From contig JBDREN010000151.1 of assembly GCA_043819795.1 (NCBI GenBank), forward strand, positions 1-47,749: a DNA stretch of 47,749 nt, in the 5' to 3' direction. The notes below the pieces were generated by a model. It did no database searches, was not told where the DNA came from, and saw nothing but the letters and a program-made list of their open reading frames with translations. The DNA is from Elusimicrobiota bacterium (GTDB lineage Bacteria; Elusimicrobiota; Elusimicrobia; UBA1565). Positions within the stretch are counted from its first letter, which is position 1, and every line of letters begins with the position of its first letter. A program made the translations under genes and the position numbers. Of the stretch, positions 1 to 9,005 are shown one piece after another.

Positions 1-279
1 GAGGAGCGCGACGCGAACGCGGACGGCTGCATCGACCGCTTGGTGGACGCTCCCGGCGTGGTCGAAACGTTGAGCCTGCCGGAGGGGACGGACAACGCTC
101 TTACATCTAAGCTCGATAATGCGTTTTCGAGCCAACAACAAGGGAATGCCGGGGCCGCCGTCAACAAGCTCAAGGCCTTCATCAACAGCGTGGAAGCGCA
201 GAAGGGGAAGAAAATCTCCGCGGAAGACGCGCGGATGCTCATCGAGTTCGCGAACAACGTGATCGAAGAGATCGAGTGA
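1..279 (+). CDS. 3' end of a secreted repeat protein (TSP3-like DADGCxD motif then a FIMAH-like C-terminal helical domain); partial
   Basis: Frame is open from base 1 (EERDANADGCIDRLVDAPG...LTSKLDNA...AAVNKLKAFINSVEAQKGKKI) and closely matches the C-terminus of 39633..42437. Confidence 0.75.
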   Translation, partial: EERDANADGCIDRLVDAPGVVETLSLPEGTDNALTSKLDNAFSSQQQGNAGAAVNKLKAFINSVEAQKGKKISAEDARMLIEFANNVIEEIE

Positions 280-339
280 CCCAAGAGCGACTACCAAGAC
301 CGCTCTAAGCCCCGCCCGACCCGGACGGAGGACCCGGGC

Positions 340-1476
340 TCAGCGGGCCTTGGGGCTCAATGCCTTCCGGGTGAGCATCCGCTCTATGGCGGGGTCGGTG
401 AAGACGCCGTCCTTGCGCACCAGCTTCCCGTCGAACCGGATCTCCCCCCCGCCGTGCTCGGGCCTCTGGATCTGGACCATGTCCCAGTGGAGGGCCGAGC
501 GGTTGCCGTTGTAGGCCTCGTCGTAACACGCGCCGGGCGTGAAGTGGAACGAGCCGGCGATCTTCTCGTCGAAGAGGGAGTTCATCACCGGCTTGAGGAT
601 GAAGGGGTTGACCCCCAGCGAGAACTCGCCCACGTGGCGGGCGCCGTCGTCCACGTCGAGGACCCTGTTGAGCCTCTCGGTCTGGGCGCCGGCCTCGGCC
701 TTGACGATCTTCCCCCTGCGGAAGCTCAGCGTGATGTCGCCGTAGGCCACGCCGTCGCGCAGCGTCGGCGTATTGAACCGGATGGCGCCGTTGACCGAGC
801 CGCGCACGGGCGCGGTGTAGATCTCTCCGTCGGGGATGTTGCGCCGGCCGTCGCACTTGACGCAGGGGATGCCCTTGATGGAGAAGCTAAGGTCGGTGCC
901 GGGGGCCTTGATGCTGACCTTGTCGGTCCGGCGCATGAGGGCGGCGACCTTGTCGAGGGCCTTGGACATCTTCGCGTAGTCGGCCAGGCAGACGTCGAAG
1001 TAGAAATCCTCGAACGACTCCTGGGACATCCGGGCCAGCTGGGCCATGGCGTTGTTCGGATAGCGGAGCACGACCCAGCGGGTCCGCTTGATGCGCTGCT
1101 CAAGGTGGACCGGCATGAAGAAGAGCCGTTCGAAGCTTTTCATCCGCTCGGGCGGCATGTCCGAAAGGTCGAAGGGGTTGTCGTTGCCGCGGATGCCGAT
1201 GTAGGCGTCGGCCTGCCTCATGAGGCCGAGATGGAGCCTGGCCAGGGTCTTGAGCTGCGCGTCGGAGGCGGAGCGCAGGTGCTGGCGCAGGAGGGAATCG
1301 TCGTTGTAGTACCAGAAGGGCGTGGCCCCCTTCTCGGTGGCGAGGCGCATGATCTGCTTGCCCAGCTCCAGGGTCTGCGCGCCCTTCATCTCCAGGTAGA
1401 GCACGTCGCCCTTCTTGAGCTCCGTCGAGTAGTCCACCAGGAGCCTCGCCAGCATCTCGTTGCGCTTGTCTTTCAT
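340..1476 (-). CDS. Aminopeptidase, peptidase family M29 (AmpS/AmpT-like)
   Basis: Motifs NIPDGEIYTAP, GEFSLGVN, LFDEKIAGSFHFTPG, SALHWDMV; start moved to ATG 1476 behind SD AAGGAGGA. Confidence 0.92.
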   Translation of the reverse strand: MKDKRNEMLARLLVDYSTELKKGDVLYLEMKGAQTLELGKQIMRLATEKGATPFWYYNDDSLLRQHLRSASDAQLKTLARLHLGLMRQADAYIGIRGNDNPFDLSDMPPERMKSFERLFFMPVHLEQRIKRTRWVVLRYPNNAMAQLARMSQESFEDFYFDVCLADYAKMSKALDKVAALMRRTDKVSIKAPGTDLSFSIKGIPCVKCDGRRNIPDGEIYTAPVRGSVNGAIRFNTPTLRDGVAYGDITLSFRRGKIVKAEAGAQTERLNRVLDVDDGARHVGEFSLGVNPFILKPVMNSLFDEKIAGSFHFTPGACYDEAYNGNRSALHWDMVQIQRPEHGGGEIRFDGKLVRKDGVFTDPAIERMLTRKALSPKAR

Positions 1477-1574
1477 GATGTCCTCCTTGGCCCGATCCAT
1501 GGGCAGGATACCAAAACTCGGACGGGTCGGCGAAGGCGTCCGCGCGCGCTCGCCGGCCGGCTAGAGACCGCAAG

Positions 1575-1604
1575 AGCCGGGCCCGACCGAGGTCGGGCCC
1601 GGCT
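1575..1604 (-). terminator. Perfect 14-bp inverted repeat downstream of 1629..2831; possible terminator
   Basis: agccgggcccgacc-ga-ggtcgggcccggct; U-tract is weak. Confidence 0.4.
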
Positions 1605-1628
1605 GCGCGATCGTCGACCCGTCGAGGC

Positions 1629-2831
1629 TCAGTCCAATAGGCAGCGGATGGACATGCCGTCGGCCTGGTGGTGGCGGGAGCGGATGATGCCGGACGTGTC
1701 CCAGCCCACGATGTGGACCCAAACGCTGCGCACTTGCCAGCCTTCGGTGCTTGACGCGAGGTACCCGTAATCGCCTCGATTGGTGAAGTACCCCTGCTTG
1801 TTCACGTTGCCGGCCAGGAGCCACTCGAACCCCGAGCTTCCGCCCGCTTTGAGGGCCGTTCCCGCGGGACGGTCGACGGAGTTCTCCAGGAGCGTCAGCT
1901 CCGCGTCCGTGGGGATGTGCCAGCCGGGCGGGCAGATGCCTCGCGCGCCTTCGTCCGTGACGTACTCCATCGCCTCGTTCCACTGGTATTGGCCGCCCTC
2001 GGCGTCGCAATTGGCCGCGATGTTCCTATGGCAGTACTTCTCCAGTATGCCGTTGTTCCTTTGGAGGGTATCGCAATTCGCCGCGTCCGGCCTGTCCGCG
2101 CACAGCATGGTCCCCACGTTCAGGTTCTCGTTCATCCAGCACTGGGATCCGATCCGGATCGTGCCGTATTCGTTGCCGTCGGCGTCGATGACATTGTCCA
2201 TGCCGCAGACGCCCGGCCATTGATACTTCTCCTCCACCGTGAAGAGGCCGGGGCCGGTCCCGCTCTCCCAGTAGTTGTAGACGGTGACGTCATAGGCGCC
2301 CACCTCCATCCCCGCGGGGACGGTGGCGGTCATCTCGGTCGGGCTGATGACGTTCTCGTCCGTCAGCTCGACATCCCCTATCCTCGCCTGGTCATAGGAG
2401 GCGAAGTAGGTCCCCATGATGACGGCGGTGAAGGGGGCGTAGCCCGGCTCCACGCTCTCGGGATCGATGGAGGATACGGACGGCGGAGGATAGAGGCCGT
2501 TGATGTCGTCGATCATCTCCCCGGCGGTCTCGACCAAGCCGCCCGCGTCTTCGGCGATGATCTTCTTGCCGCTCTGGGCGTCGACCTGGTTGATGAAGGC
2601 GTCGAGCTGGTTGGCGGCGGCGTTGTCGCGGCCTCTGTCCAGCGACGTCTGGGCGCTCTCCAGTTTGGCCAAGAGGCTGGTCTCGATCCCATGGGGCAGG
2701 CCGAGGCCCTCGACCACGCTCTTGAGGTGGCCGATCGCGGACGCTTGAGCCTGCGCCGGAGGGCAGGCTGCCGCGGACAGCATAACACACGCGGCCACCG
2801 ACAATACGAATCCCTTCCATGCTTTGATCAT
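1629..2831 (-). CDS. Secreted protein: signal peptide, FIMAH-like domain, IPT/TIG-like Ig domain, Fibrobacter succinogenes major paralogous (FISUMP) domain
   Basis: YGTIRIGSQCWMNENLN, YQWNEAM, GICPPGWHIPTDAE and SIRCL are FISUMP hallmarks; PSVSSIDP starts a TIG-like domain; SD AAGGAGG. Confidence 0.85.
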   Translation of the reverse strand: MIKAWKGFVLSVAACVMLSAAACPPAQAQASAIGHLKSVVEGLGLPHGIETSLLAKLESAQTSLDRGRDNAAANQLDAFINQVDAQSGKKIIAEDAGGLVETAGEMIDDINGLYPPPSVSSIDPESVEPGYAPFTAVIMGTYFASYDQARIGDVELTDENVISPTEMTATVPAGMEVGAYDVTVYNYWESGTGPGLFTVEEKYQWPGVCGMDNVIDADGNEYGTIRIGSQCWMNENLNVGTMLCADRPDAANCDTLQRNNGILEKYCHRNIAANCDAEGGQYQWNEAMEYVTDEGARGICPPGWHIPTDAELTLLENSVDRPAGTALKAGGSSGFEWLLAGNVNKQGYFTNRGDYGYLASSTEGWQVRSVWVHIVGWDTSGIIRSRHHQADGMSIRCLLD

Positions 2832-2996
2832 CGTTCGGACCTCCTTCCTAATCGCTTGCTATGGTCGGCGCAAGATGGGCCAGGGCGAAGCAGTCCTCCG
2901 ACGATAGTGGACGTTTGAGCGGCCGCGCTCCGGCGGCCCGCTGACATACAGTCTACCAAATGCCGGAAGCTTCGGGCGGTCATGCGCCCGCTCGGA

Positions 2997-4775
2997 CTAC
3001 GACGCTTCCCGGAACTTGAAATCGAGCCCTTCCCGGGGGGCGGGCAGCGTCATGACGGGAGGCCTGCCGTCGCTTCCGGAGAGCGGCGCCCGGGGATGCT
3101 TCATGAGGGCCATGTATTCCCCCTCCTTGACTTTCCCGTACCCTTCTTCGATCAGCATGGCCGCCACTCCTCTCCGGAACGGACGGAAGCTGTTCAAGGC
3201 CCAGTGCCTGGTGAAGAGCACATAGTCCGGCATGAAGAGGTTGTGCGTGAAGTTCCTGTCCTCCCGGTACGGCAGCACCTTCAGGAAGCTCCTGCAGCTG
3301 ACCCAGGGAGACAGGTATTCGCTGGCCCACAAGGGAGCGTCTTGCGGGACCATGGAGGCGAACTCGGGGCCCTCCTGGGACATGCCCGGATACCAGCCCT
3401 TCATGAGTGTCGGGGTCGTGTGGTAAAGATTGGCGCCGCCGATGAGGAAGGCCCACACCAGGAGCCAAGGCGCCCATTGCCGCTTCGAGAGCCGGTGGTA
3501 GGCCCACGCCAGACCCGCCGCGCCGGCCCACCACAACGGCCCGATGCAGAAGGAAGAATAGTGCAGGATGAGAGTGTGGTAGAAGTCGTTCGGAGCCGCC
3601 AACAAGTGCGGCGGGTAGGCCGCGGCCCACACCGCCAGATGCGCCGGAGCCAGCAGGGGGAACAGGCCCGCGCCGAGGATGAGCTTTCCGGTCGGCGCGA
3701 GGTTTCCGATAGGCAGCATGATGCGGCCCATAAATCCCAGCGGGTCCGTAACGGCGGACATCAGGACGGCTCTCGGCGTCTCGCCGAGGTGGCTGAACAT
3801 GCTCCAGTCCCTGAAGTGCGCCGCGCCCGGCACGGAGAACCGTACCTTCATCTCCCAGAGGAAGAGAAGCGCGGCTCCGAGACTCACGGCCGCGCCCAGG
3901 AGCCAGGCGCGCTTGTCGCGCGCGCCCCCACGCAGGGCCAGATACAGGCCCAGTCCGAAGAGGGTCAACGGCGCCTGCTCGTTTGTGGAGAGCATCAGCA
4001 AGAGGAGGATAGCGGCCGCGACCCACATGCGGGCCTCGACGAACACCATGGCCCAGAGGAAGAAGGGGGCCAGATAGTTGAGAGGCTGGATGCTGGCGCT
4101 GTTGTTCTCGAGCAGGAAGCGGCTCGTGAGCACCAGCCAGAAGCCGATGAAACCCGCGAACGAGGACCTCGTGGTCCGGTAGGCAAGGACATAGACCGCC
4201 ACGGGCATGGACGCGACCAGGGCCGTCTGCAGGAACAGGAAGGGCAGAAGGGTGTTCGACAACAAGAGCAGCGGGGCGATCAGCGTGAAGAGCGGCGTGA
4301 AATGGATCGCGAAATAGCTCTTAGCTCCTGTGACGGTGTTTTCGAGCGTCAGATGGTGGAGGAAGTTGTAGGCCACGTTGCCGGTGACCGACGAGTCCAG
4401 CGGAAGCTGGAAGCCCCGGTATTGGACGTACTTGACGAAGCCGAGGATGCCGAAGATCCCGAGATAGGCGGCGACGACCCAGCCCGCGTGCCTCCACGCG
4501 CCGAAGGATCCCAGCCGCTCGAGGTACTCCGAGGCCTTTGTGCGCAGAGGCCCGAAGAGCATAAGGCAGCAGAGCGCGACGTTCAGCCACAATAGCACCC
4601 GCAGGATGTTCTCGTAGAAGACGACGGACCGGTCCATGTTCCAGCCCGCCCGCAGCGAGCCGCCGATAAAGATGATCGCCAGTCCGCAAAGAAGCGCGGC
4701 CGGCGGCCACACGTAGAGCGCGCGCCGGACGCGGTGCCGAGCGGAGCGCTTCTCAGCTGTCTTTCTAGCCGTCAT
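2997..4775 (-). CDS. DUF2079-like multi-pass membrane protein (GT-C-type glycosyltransferase-like)
   Basis: Many TM segments; SYFAIHFTPLFTLIAP, LFLQTALVA and HYSS motifs; start set at MTARK because the longer ORF runs across the tRNA fragment. Confidence 0.7.
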   Translation of the reverse strand: MTARKTAEKRSARHRVRRALYVWPPAALLCGLAIIFIGGSLRAGWNMDRSVVFYENILRVLLWLNVALCCLMLFGPLRTKASEYLERLGSFGAWRHAGWVVAAYLGIFGILGFVKYVQYRGFQLPLDSSVTGNVAYNFLHHLTLENTVTGAKSYFAIHFTPLFTLIAPLLLLSNTLLPFLFLQTALVASMPVAVYVLAYRTTRSSFAGFIGFWLVLTSRFLLENNSASIQPLNYLAPFFLWAMVFVEARMWVAAAILLLLMLSTNEQAPLTLFGLGLYLALRGGARDKRAWLLGAAVSLGAALLFLWEMKVRFSVPGAAHFRDWSMFSHLGETPRAVLMSAVTDPLGFMGRIMLPIGNLAPTGKLILGAGLFPLLAPAHLAVWAAAYPPHLLAAPNDFYHTLILHYSSFCIGPLWWAGAAGLAWAYHRLSKRQWAPWLLVWAFLIGGANLYHTTPTLMKGWYPGMSQEGPEFASMVPQDAPLWASEYLSPWVSCRSFLKVLPYREDRNFTHNLFMPDYVLFTRHWALNSFRPFRRGVAAMLIEEGYGKVKEGEYMALMKHPRAPLSGSDGRPPVMTLPAPREGLDFKFREAS

Positions 4776-4817
4776 CGCCAGAGTATAGGAGAACGTGTGA
4801 TTCCGGGCAAGATATGG

Positions 4818-4858
4818 AAAAACCGGACATCCTGGCCTAAGCCGGATCGTCCGGTTTT
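4818..4858 (-). terminator. Intrinsic terminator hairpin downstream of the displaced tRNA-Ser 3' fragment
   Basis: Minus strand AAAACCGGAC...GTCCGGTTTTT; homologous to the 7792-7832 hairpin. Confidence 0.65.
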
Positions 4859-4868
4859 CTCGAAGGAA

Positions 4869-4911
4869 AGAAGGTCCGGTGAGGGAGGGATTCGAACCCT
4901 CGAAACGGGGA
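4869..4911 (-). repeat. Duplicate of the tRNA-Ser 3' part (att site)
   Basis: 41/43 identical to 7843-7885; the two differences (4885/7859 and 4901/7875) are a compensatory pair in the T-stem. Confidence 0.9.
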
Positions 4912-5013
4912 GCAGGTAAGGGGAGCCGTCCGTCCGGGCGAAGTACAGGCCCGTCTTGGGATGGGGCTTGAGCCGTTCCAGCAGCCGCGAGAACCGGAAG
5001 CCGAGTATGGCCG

Positions 5014-5107
5014 TCACGTAAAATCACGTGAGATCACGCGAAATCACGTATGGCGTGCAGGCTCCGTCGGAGAAAGTCGGACCCGGCAATCACGCGAAGT
5101 CACGTCA
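5014..5107. repeat. Tandem 10-bp TCACG(T/C)-core repeats (four copies, then two); candidate integrase arm-type sites
   Basis: tcacgtaaaa tcacgtgaga tcacgcgaaa tcacgta (5014-5050) and aatcacgcga agtcacgtca (5088-5107). Confidence 0.6.
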
Positions 5108-5279
5108 GATTCGCGGAGGGGCTAGGCTGGGGCCCACCGGCCCCTCTCGCCCCCAGAAATCGCCGACCCTGAAGAGGTGGAGCAGCCGGAGCGGGCGGGC
5201 ATGCAGGTCCTGGCGCAACGTGGCCTCTCGTAGCCAGTGAGAAGCCGCGAGAGTCTTCTGCGACAAGTTAGGCTGGGAC

Positions 5280-5346
5280 TTGACATAGTGATATTTTGGG
5301 TGCATAATGTGTATTGGGGGAGCACAATATGCGCCCAAAGCATCAT
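5280..5346 (+). promoter_or_regulatory. Sigma70 promoter with overlapping 24-bp inverted-repeat operator for the AbiE operon
   Basis: TTGACA(5280-5285)-17-CATAAT(5303-5308); imperfect IR 5288-5311 / 5323-5346 covers the -10 and the start codon. Confidence 0.8.
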
Positions 5347-6159
5347 TTTAAGACACTCGGACCTCAGGCAGCGCACTTCGTAACGACCCTCCAAGAGCGT
5401 CGCCGCCTAATATTCACGCTGCCGGAGGTCATGGAGATCACGGGCCTGAAGGCCGCCTCTGCCCGCAGCTTTGTCCGCGCTCTTGTCAGCCGAGGGGTGG
5501 CGGCGAGGCTGCGCGCGGGGTTGTTCAACCTGGTTCCTTTCGAGTTGGGTCGGGAAAAGGAGTACCTCGGGAACCCCTACGTGGTGGCCAGGGAGTTGAT
5601 GCGAGGGCGGGATTACTATGTCTCCCATGCTTCCGCCATGGACATCCACCGCATGACGACCCAGCCGCAACTCGTCGTGTATGTCAGTTCGCCGAAGGCC
5701 GTGCGCAAGCGGAGCATCTTCGGCACGGAGTTCCGCTTTGTTCGTTGCCCGCGGGCCCGCTTTTTCGGGTTTTCGGAACAGTGGGCGGACAAACAGGAGA
5801 AGGTCTTGGTGGGCGATCTTGAGCGCACCGTTCTCGACGGCCTCAAGGCCCCTGAGTATTGCGGAGGCGTCACCGAGACGGCCAAGGGCCTCTGGATGCG
5901 GCGAGCCGACATGGATGTCCGGAAGCTGGTGGGGTACGCTCTGCGATTGAACGTCCGCGCCGTCATGGGGCGGCTGGGGCATCTTTTGGAGGTTTTCGGA
6001 ATCGGGACCCCGAACGACGTCGGTCCCTTGAGGGATCGCCTCGGGCGCGCCTATGTTCCGCTTGACCCCACGCTCCCGCCTGAAGGCAGGTTTCTCGCCA
6101 AGTGGCGGCTCCGGCTCAACGTTTCCGCCGAGGAGATCCGCGCCGTCCTGCAGACCTAG
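5329..6159 (+). CDS. abiEi: Type IV TA antitoxin, AbiEi family transcriptional regulator
   Basis: N-terminal wHTH, YYVSHASAMDIH, DLERTVLDGL..PEYCGG, KWRLRLN; directly upstream of AbiEii. Confidence 0.88.
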   Translation: MRPKHHFKTLGPQAAHFVTTLQERRRLIFTLPEVMEITGLKAASARSFVRALVSRGVAARLRAGLFNLVPFELGREKEYLGNPYVVARELMRGRDYYVSHASAMDIHRMTTQPQLVVYVSSPKAVRKRSIFGTEFRFVRCPRARFFGFSEQWADKQEKVLVGDLERTVLDGLKAPEYCGGVTETAKGLWMRRADMDVRKLVGYALRLNVRAVMGRLGHLLEVFGIGTPNDVGPLRDRLGRAYVPLDPTLPPEGRFLAKWRLRLNVSAEEIRAVLQT

Positions 6160-6161
6160 AC

Positions 6162-7001
6162 ATGATCCCGCAGCGCAATCTTTCCCTGCTCTCCAATCGC
6201 CTGGCCAAGTCCGGGGGGCGGCGTATTCCAGAAGCCATCCTCGAACGCGACTATTGCCTGGCGTGGTTCCTGGTCGCGCTCTCGCAGGAAAGCCTGGGCC
6301 GGCGCCTCGCCTTCAAAGGCGGAACGGCGATCAAGCGCTGCTACTTCGGAGACTACCGCTTCTCGGAGGACCTGGACTTCACCCTGACCCGGGAAGCGGA
6401 CTTCGAGACGATCCGGCGGGAGCTCGACCCCGTCTTCGCCCGGGTCCGCGCGGACTCCGGGATCGTTTTCCGCTTCGCCCGCGAGGACCGCCATGGCCAC
6501 TCCAACAGCCATACGTTCTACCTCGGCTATGAGGGGCCCCTGCCCGCGGCCGGCAGGGAGGTCAAGGTCGATATCACGATCAGGGAGAAGCTCGTCTTTC
6601 CCATCGGACATCGTCCGGTCCTCCGAGGATACGGCGAGTATGCCGATCTGCCCGACGGCGCTCGGCTCCGCGCCTATTCCCTGGATGAAATCGCCGTCGA
6701 GAAGGCCGTGGCAGTGACGGATCTGGCCCGAAACGAGCCGCGCGATCTTTACGACGTGTGGTACTTGACCGAGGGAGGTCACGTCGACCTGGCGGCCTTG
6801 AAGGGATCCATCGAAGAGAAGCTGACATTCCGCGGCAAGAAGCTCGACGATGTGCGCGGCGAGCTGCAGGCCAAAGAGCCGCGCTTCAAGAAGCTCTGGG
6901 AAACCCGGCTCTCGGCGCAGATGTCGAGCCTGCCGGAGTTCGCGGAAGTCTATCGGTCCGTGCGGAGAGCCTTTCGTCAGGCTGGACTTTCTCGATGGTG
7001 A
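6162..7001 (+). CDS. abiEii: Type IV TA toxin, AbiEii/AbiGii nucleotidyltransferase
   Basis: LERDY, FKGGTAI, YRFSEDLDF, EK...RDLYD motifs. Confidence 0.93.
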   Translation: MIPQRNLSLLSNRLAKSGGRRIPEAILERDYCLAWFLVALSQESLGRRLAFKGGTAIKRCYFGDYRFSEDLDFTLTREADFETIRRELDPVFARVRADSGIVFRFAREDRHGHSNSHTFYLGYEGPLPAAGREVKVDITIREKLVFPIGHRPVLRGYGEYADLPDGARLRAYSLDEIAVEKAVAVTDLARNEPRDLYDVWYLTEGGHVDLAALKGSIEEKLTFRGKKLDDVRGELQAKEPRFKKLWETRLSAQMSSLPEFAEVYRSVRRAFRQAGLSRW

Positions 7002-7043
7002 AGCGGATTTCTCACGCCTCCTGGACAGCCTAGAATAATCGGA

Positions 7044-7595
7044 TCATTTCGATGCGTCCGCCGGGCCTTGGGCGGCGGTCCACTCGAGTCGGAAGGCGGC
7101 TCGCGCCCGGAAGAGGCGCGACCGGATCGTGCCGACCGGCACCCGCAGGCGCTTGGCCGCCTGCCGATAGCTCAGGCCGTCTAGGCCGCAGAGCTTGAGA
7201 ACCCTACGGTGGTCGCGGCGAAGCTCGCCAAGGGCATCCCTCACAAGACGCCGGGTCTCCGAGCGTTCGAGCTCCTGCAAGGGGGTCCTGCAATCGTCGG
7301 CGATGAGGTCGATCATGGGGGTGCTGTCGGGAGCTGGATCGTCGAGCGGGACGGTGAGCCGCCGATGCGCGCGTTTGCGCCAGTCGCGCGCGGCGTTGCG
7401 CAGGATGGCAATGAACCACGGCTCCGCCCTGCGGCCCTTGTCGAACCGCTGCCAGTTCAAGACCGCCCGGTAGAGCCCCTGCCGTACGAACTCGCGGGCG
7501 TCCTGCAGGTTGCCATTGAATGCCCGCGCTGCGCTCGGGGCGCGCCCGTTCATCGTCTTCGCCAAGTGAGCGACCAGTTTGCTTCTCGACGACAC
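7044..7595 (-). CDS. ECF-type RNA polymerase sigma factor
   Basis: Region 2 (WFIAILRNAARD) and region 4 (GLSYRQAAKRLRVPVGTIRSRLFRAR); GTG start with SD. Confidence 0.8.
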   Translation of the reverse strand: MSSRSKLVAHLAKTMNGRAPSAARAFNGNLQDAREFVRQGLYRAVLNWQRFDKGRRAEPWFIAILRNAARDWRKRAHRRLTVPLDDPAPDSTPMIDLIADDCRTPLQELERSETRRLVRDALGELRRDHRRVLKLCGLDGLSYRQAAKRLRVPVGTIRSRLFRARAAFRLEWTAAQGPADASK

Positions 7596-7791
7596 TCCCT
7601 TCTCCTTCCCGCAGCCGATTCGTTGTCGCAGCGCATTCGTGGCGCCCGAACCGAGGCGCGAAATGGAAAATAATGAGAAAGCGCGAAGCGGGGAAGTCGG
7701 GGCCGGAGGCGAGAATCTCTAGCGCGATTTTCCGATCAGGAGGGAGTGGCCGCTTTTGGACAATATCCGGCAACGAACGGCAACCAACGAC

Positions 7792-7832
7792 AAAACCGGG
7801 CAACCCGGCCGAAGCCGAATTGTCCCGGTTTT
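7792..7832 (-). terminator. Hairpin or terminator downstream of tRNA-Ser
   Basis: Minus strand AAAACCGGG...CGGC-TTCG-GCCG...CCCGGTTTT with a C(UUCG)G tetraloop. Confidence 0.65.
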
Positions 7833-7850
7833 TCCGAACTATAGAAGGTC

Positions 7851-7941
7851 CGGTGAGGCAGGGATTCGAACCCTGGAAACGGGGATTAACCCGTTTAACG
7901 GTTTAGCAAACCGCCCCCTTCAGCCTCTCGGGCACCTCACC
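7851..7941 (-). tRNA. tRNA-Ser(GCT), 91 nt, CCA not encoded
   Basis: Acceptor GGTGAGG/CCTCACC plus discriminator G; anticodon arm GCGGT-TTGCTAA-ACCGT; long variable arm AAACGGG/CCCGTTT; T-arm CAGGG-TTCGAAT-CCCTG. Confidence 0.97.
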
Positions 7942-7958
7942 TTTCGACGACAAAACGT

Positions 7959-9002
7959 CTATTTCACGACACCGGCAAAATCAGTTACAACACTTTTTAC
8001 AACACTTTGGTCGAGGGCCCGGATCGCGGCCTCGGCCCCCGGCATGTCGTGGGACAGGTACCTTTCGGTGACCCGCAGCGAGCCGTGCCCCAAAAGCCGG
8101 GACACCGTGTACACGTCCACCCCCCGGTCCAGGAGGTCCCGGGCGAAGGAATGCCTCAGGTCGTGGAACGTAAAGTCCGCGGGAAGCCCCGCCTCCGCGC
8201 GGGCCACCACGAACTTCTTCCATAGGCTCTGCTGGATCCAGAGGCCCCCGTCCTCCTGCGTGAAAACGTACTTGTTCCGCTTGGGCAGGCGCTTGAGCGC
8301 CTCCCGGGAATCCTCGGAGAACGGGATCACCCGAGTCTTATGGGCCTTCGTGTTGACCACGAAGACGCGGCGGGTGTCCAGATTGACGTTCTTCCATTCC
8401 AGATTGGTGATCTCCGACATGCGCATGCCTGTCTTAAGGGCGAACCACACCACGGGCCGGATGCTCTCCGGGCAGGCCTTGAGCAGCCGGGCCTTCTGCT
8501 TGGCTGTCAGGAAGCGCTCGGGCTTGCGCTCCTCCTTGAACTTCTTGACCGTGGCCAGGGGGCTCGTCTTCACGTAGCCCCAGCGGATGGCCTTGGTGTA
8601 GAGCCCCTGCAGGAAGGTCAGTTCCCGGTTGATGGTGGCCGGCTTGACCCTGCCGGTCCGCTGGGCCGCGTAGCGCTCGATGTCGTGGGCCGTGAGGGCC
8701 GCCAGCTTCATCCCCGGGTTGAAGGAAAGGAGTATCCGGGTCTTGAGGCTGAGGTTCGTCTTGTGGGTCCTCGGGGTCAAGCGGGATGAGTGGTCCCGCA
8801 TGTAGATGTCGACCATCTTGCCCAAGGTGATCTTGGACGGAGCCCCATAGGCCTGTCTGTCCCGGAACTCGCGCAGGCTGTTCAAGTGGACCAACTTGGC
8901 CCGCTTGCGGTCGGACTCGCGGGTGGACTTGAAGACCCGCTTGCCGTCTATCTGCAGCGAGTAGTACCAGTACGGAGAGTTCGGGCGCTTGAACAGACCC
9001 AT
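7959..9002 (-). CDS. Tyrosine recombinase/integrase
   Basis: Catalytic set TGMRMSE, NTK, HDLRH, LLGH, TERY; N-terminal arm-binding-like and SAM-like domains; adjacent to the att site. Confidence 0.95.
   Translation of the reverse strand: MGLFKRPNSPYWYYSLQIDGKRVFKSTRESDRKRAKLVHLNSLREFRDRQAYGAPSKITLGKMVDIYMRDHSSRLTPRTHKTNLSLKTRILLSFNPGMKLAALTAHDIERYAAQRTGRVKPATINRELTFLQGLYTKAIRWGYVKTSPLATVKKFKEERKPERFLTAKQKARLLKACPESIRPVVWFALKTGMRMSEITNLEWKNVNLDTRRVFVVNTKAHKTRVIPFSEDSREALKRLPKRNKYVFTQEDGGLWIQQSLWKKFVVARAEAGLPADFTFHDLRHSFARDLLDRGVDVYTVSRLLGHGSLRVTERYLSHDMPGAEAAIRALDQSVVKSVVTDFAGVVK
7985..8010. repeat. Tandem TTACAACACTTT x2 (arm-type site) inside the integrase 3' end
   Basis: Identical 26-mer at 33405-33430; degenerate copies at 33623-33646 and 34256-34279. 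Confidence 0.8.
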
Positions 9003-9005
9003 GGC

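Larger units (their letters stand above)
4869..7885. mobile_element. 2,974-bp integrase-less island or remnant at the tRNA-Ser 3' end (AbiE pair plus ECF sigma)
   Basis: Bounded by direct repeats of the tRNA 3' part plus terminator; TA cargo; tandem 10-bp repeats just inside the left end. Confidence 0.7.

Noticed and set aside
1629..2200. FISUMP domain as a diversity-generating retroelement target
   Set aside because: No reverse transcriptase or template-repeat copy is visible in the window
4776..5027. 84-aa N-terminal extension of the DUF2079-like ORF
   Set aside because: It reads through the terminator and tRNA fragment; a chance open frame
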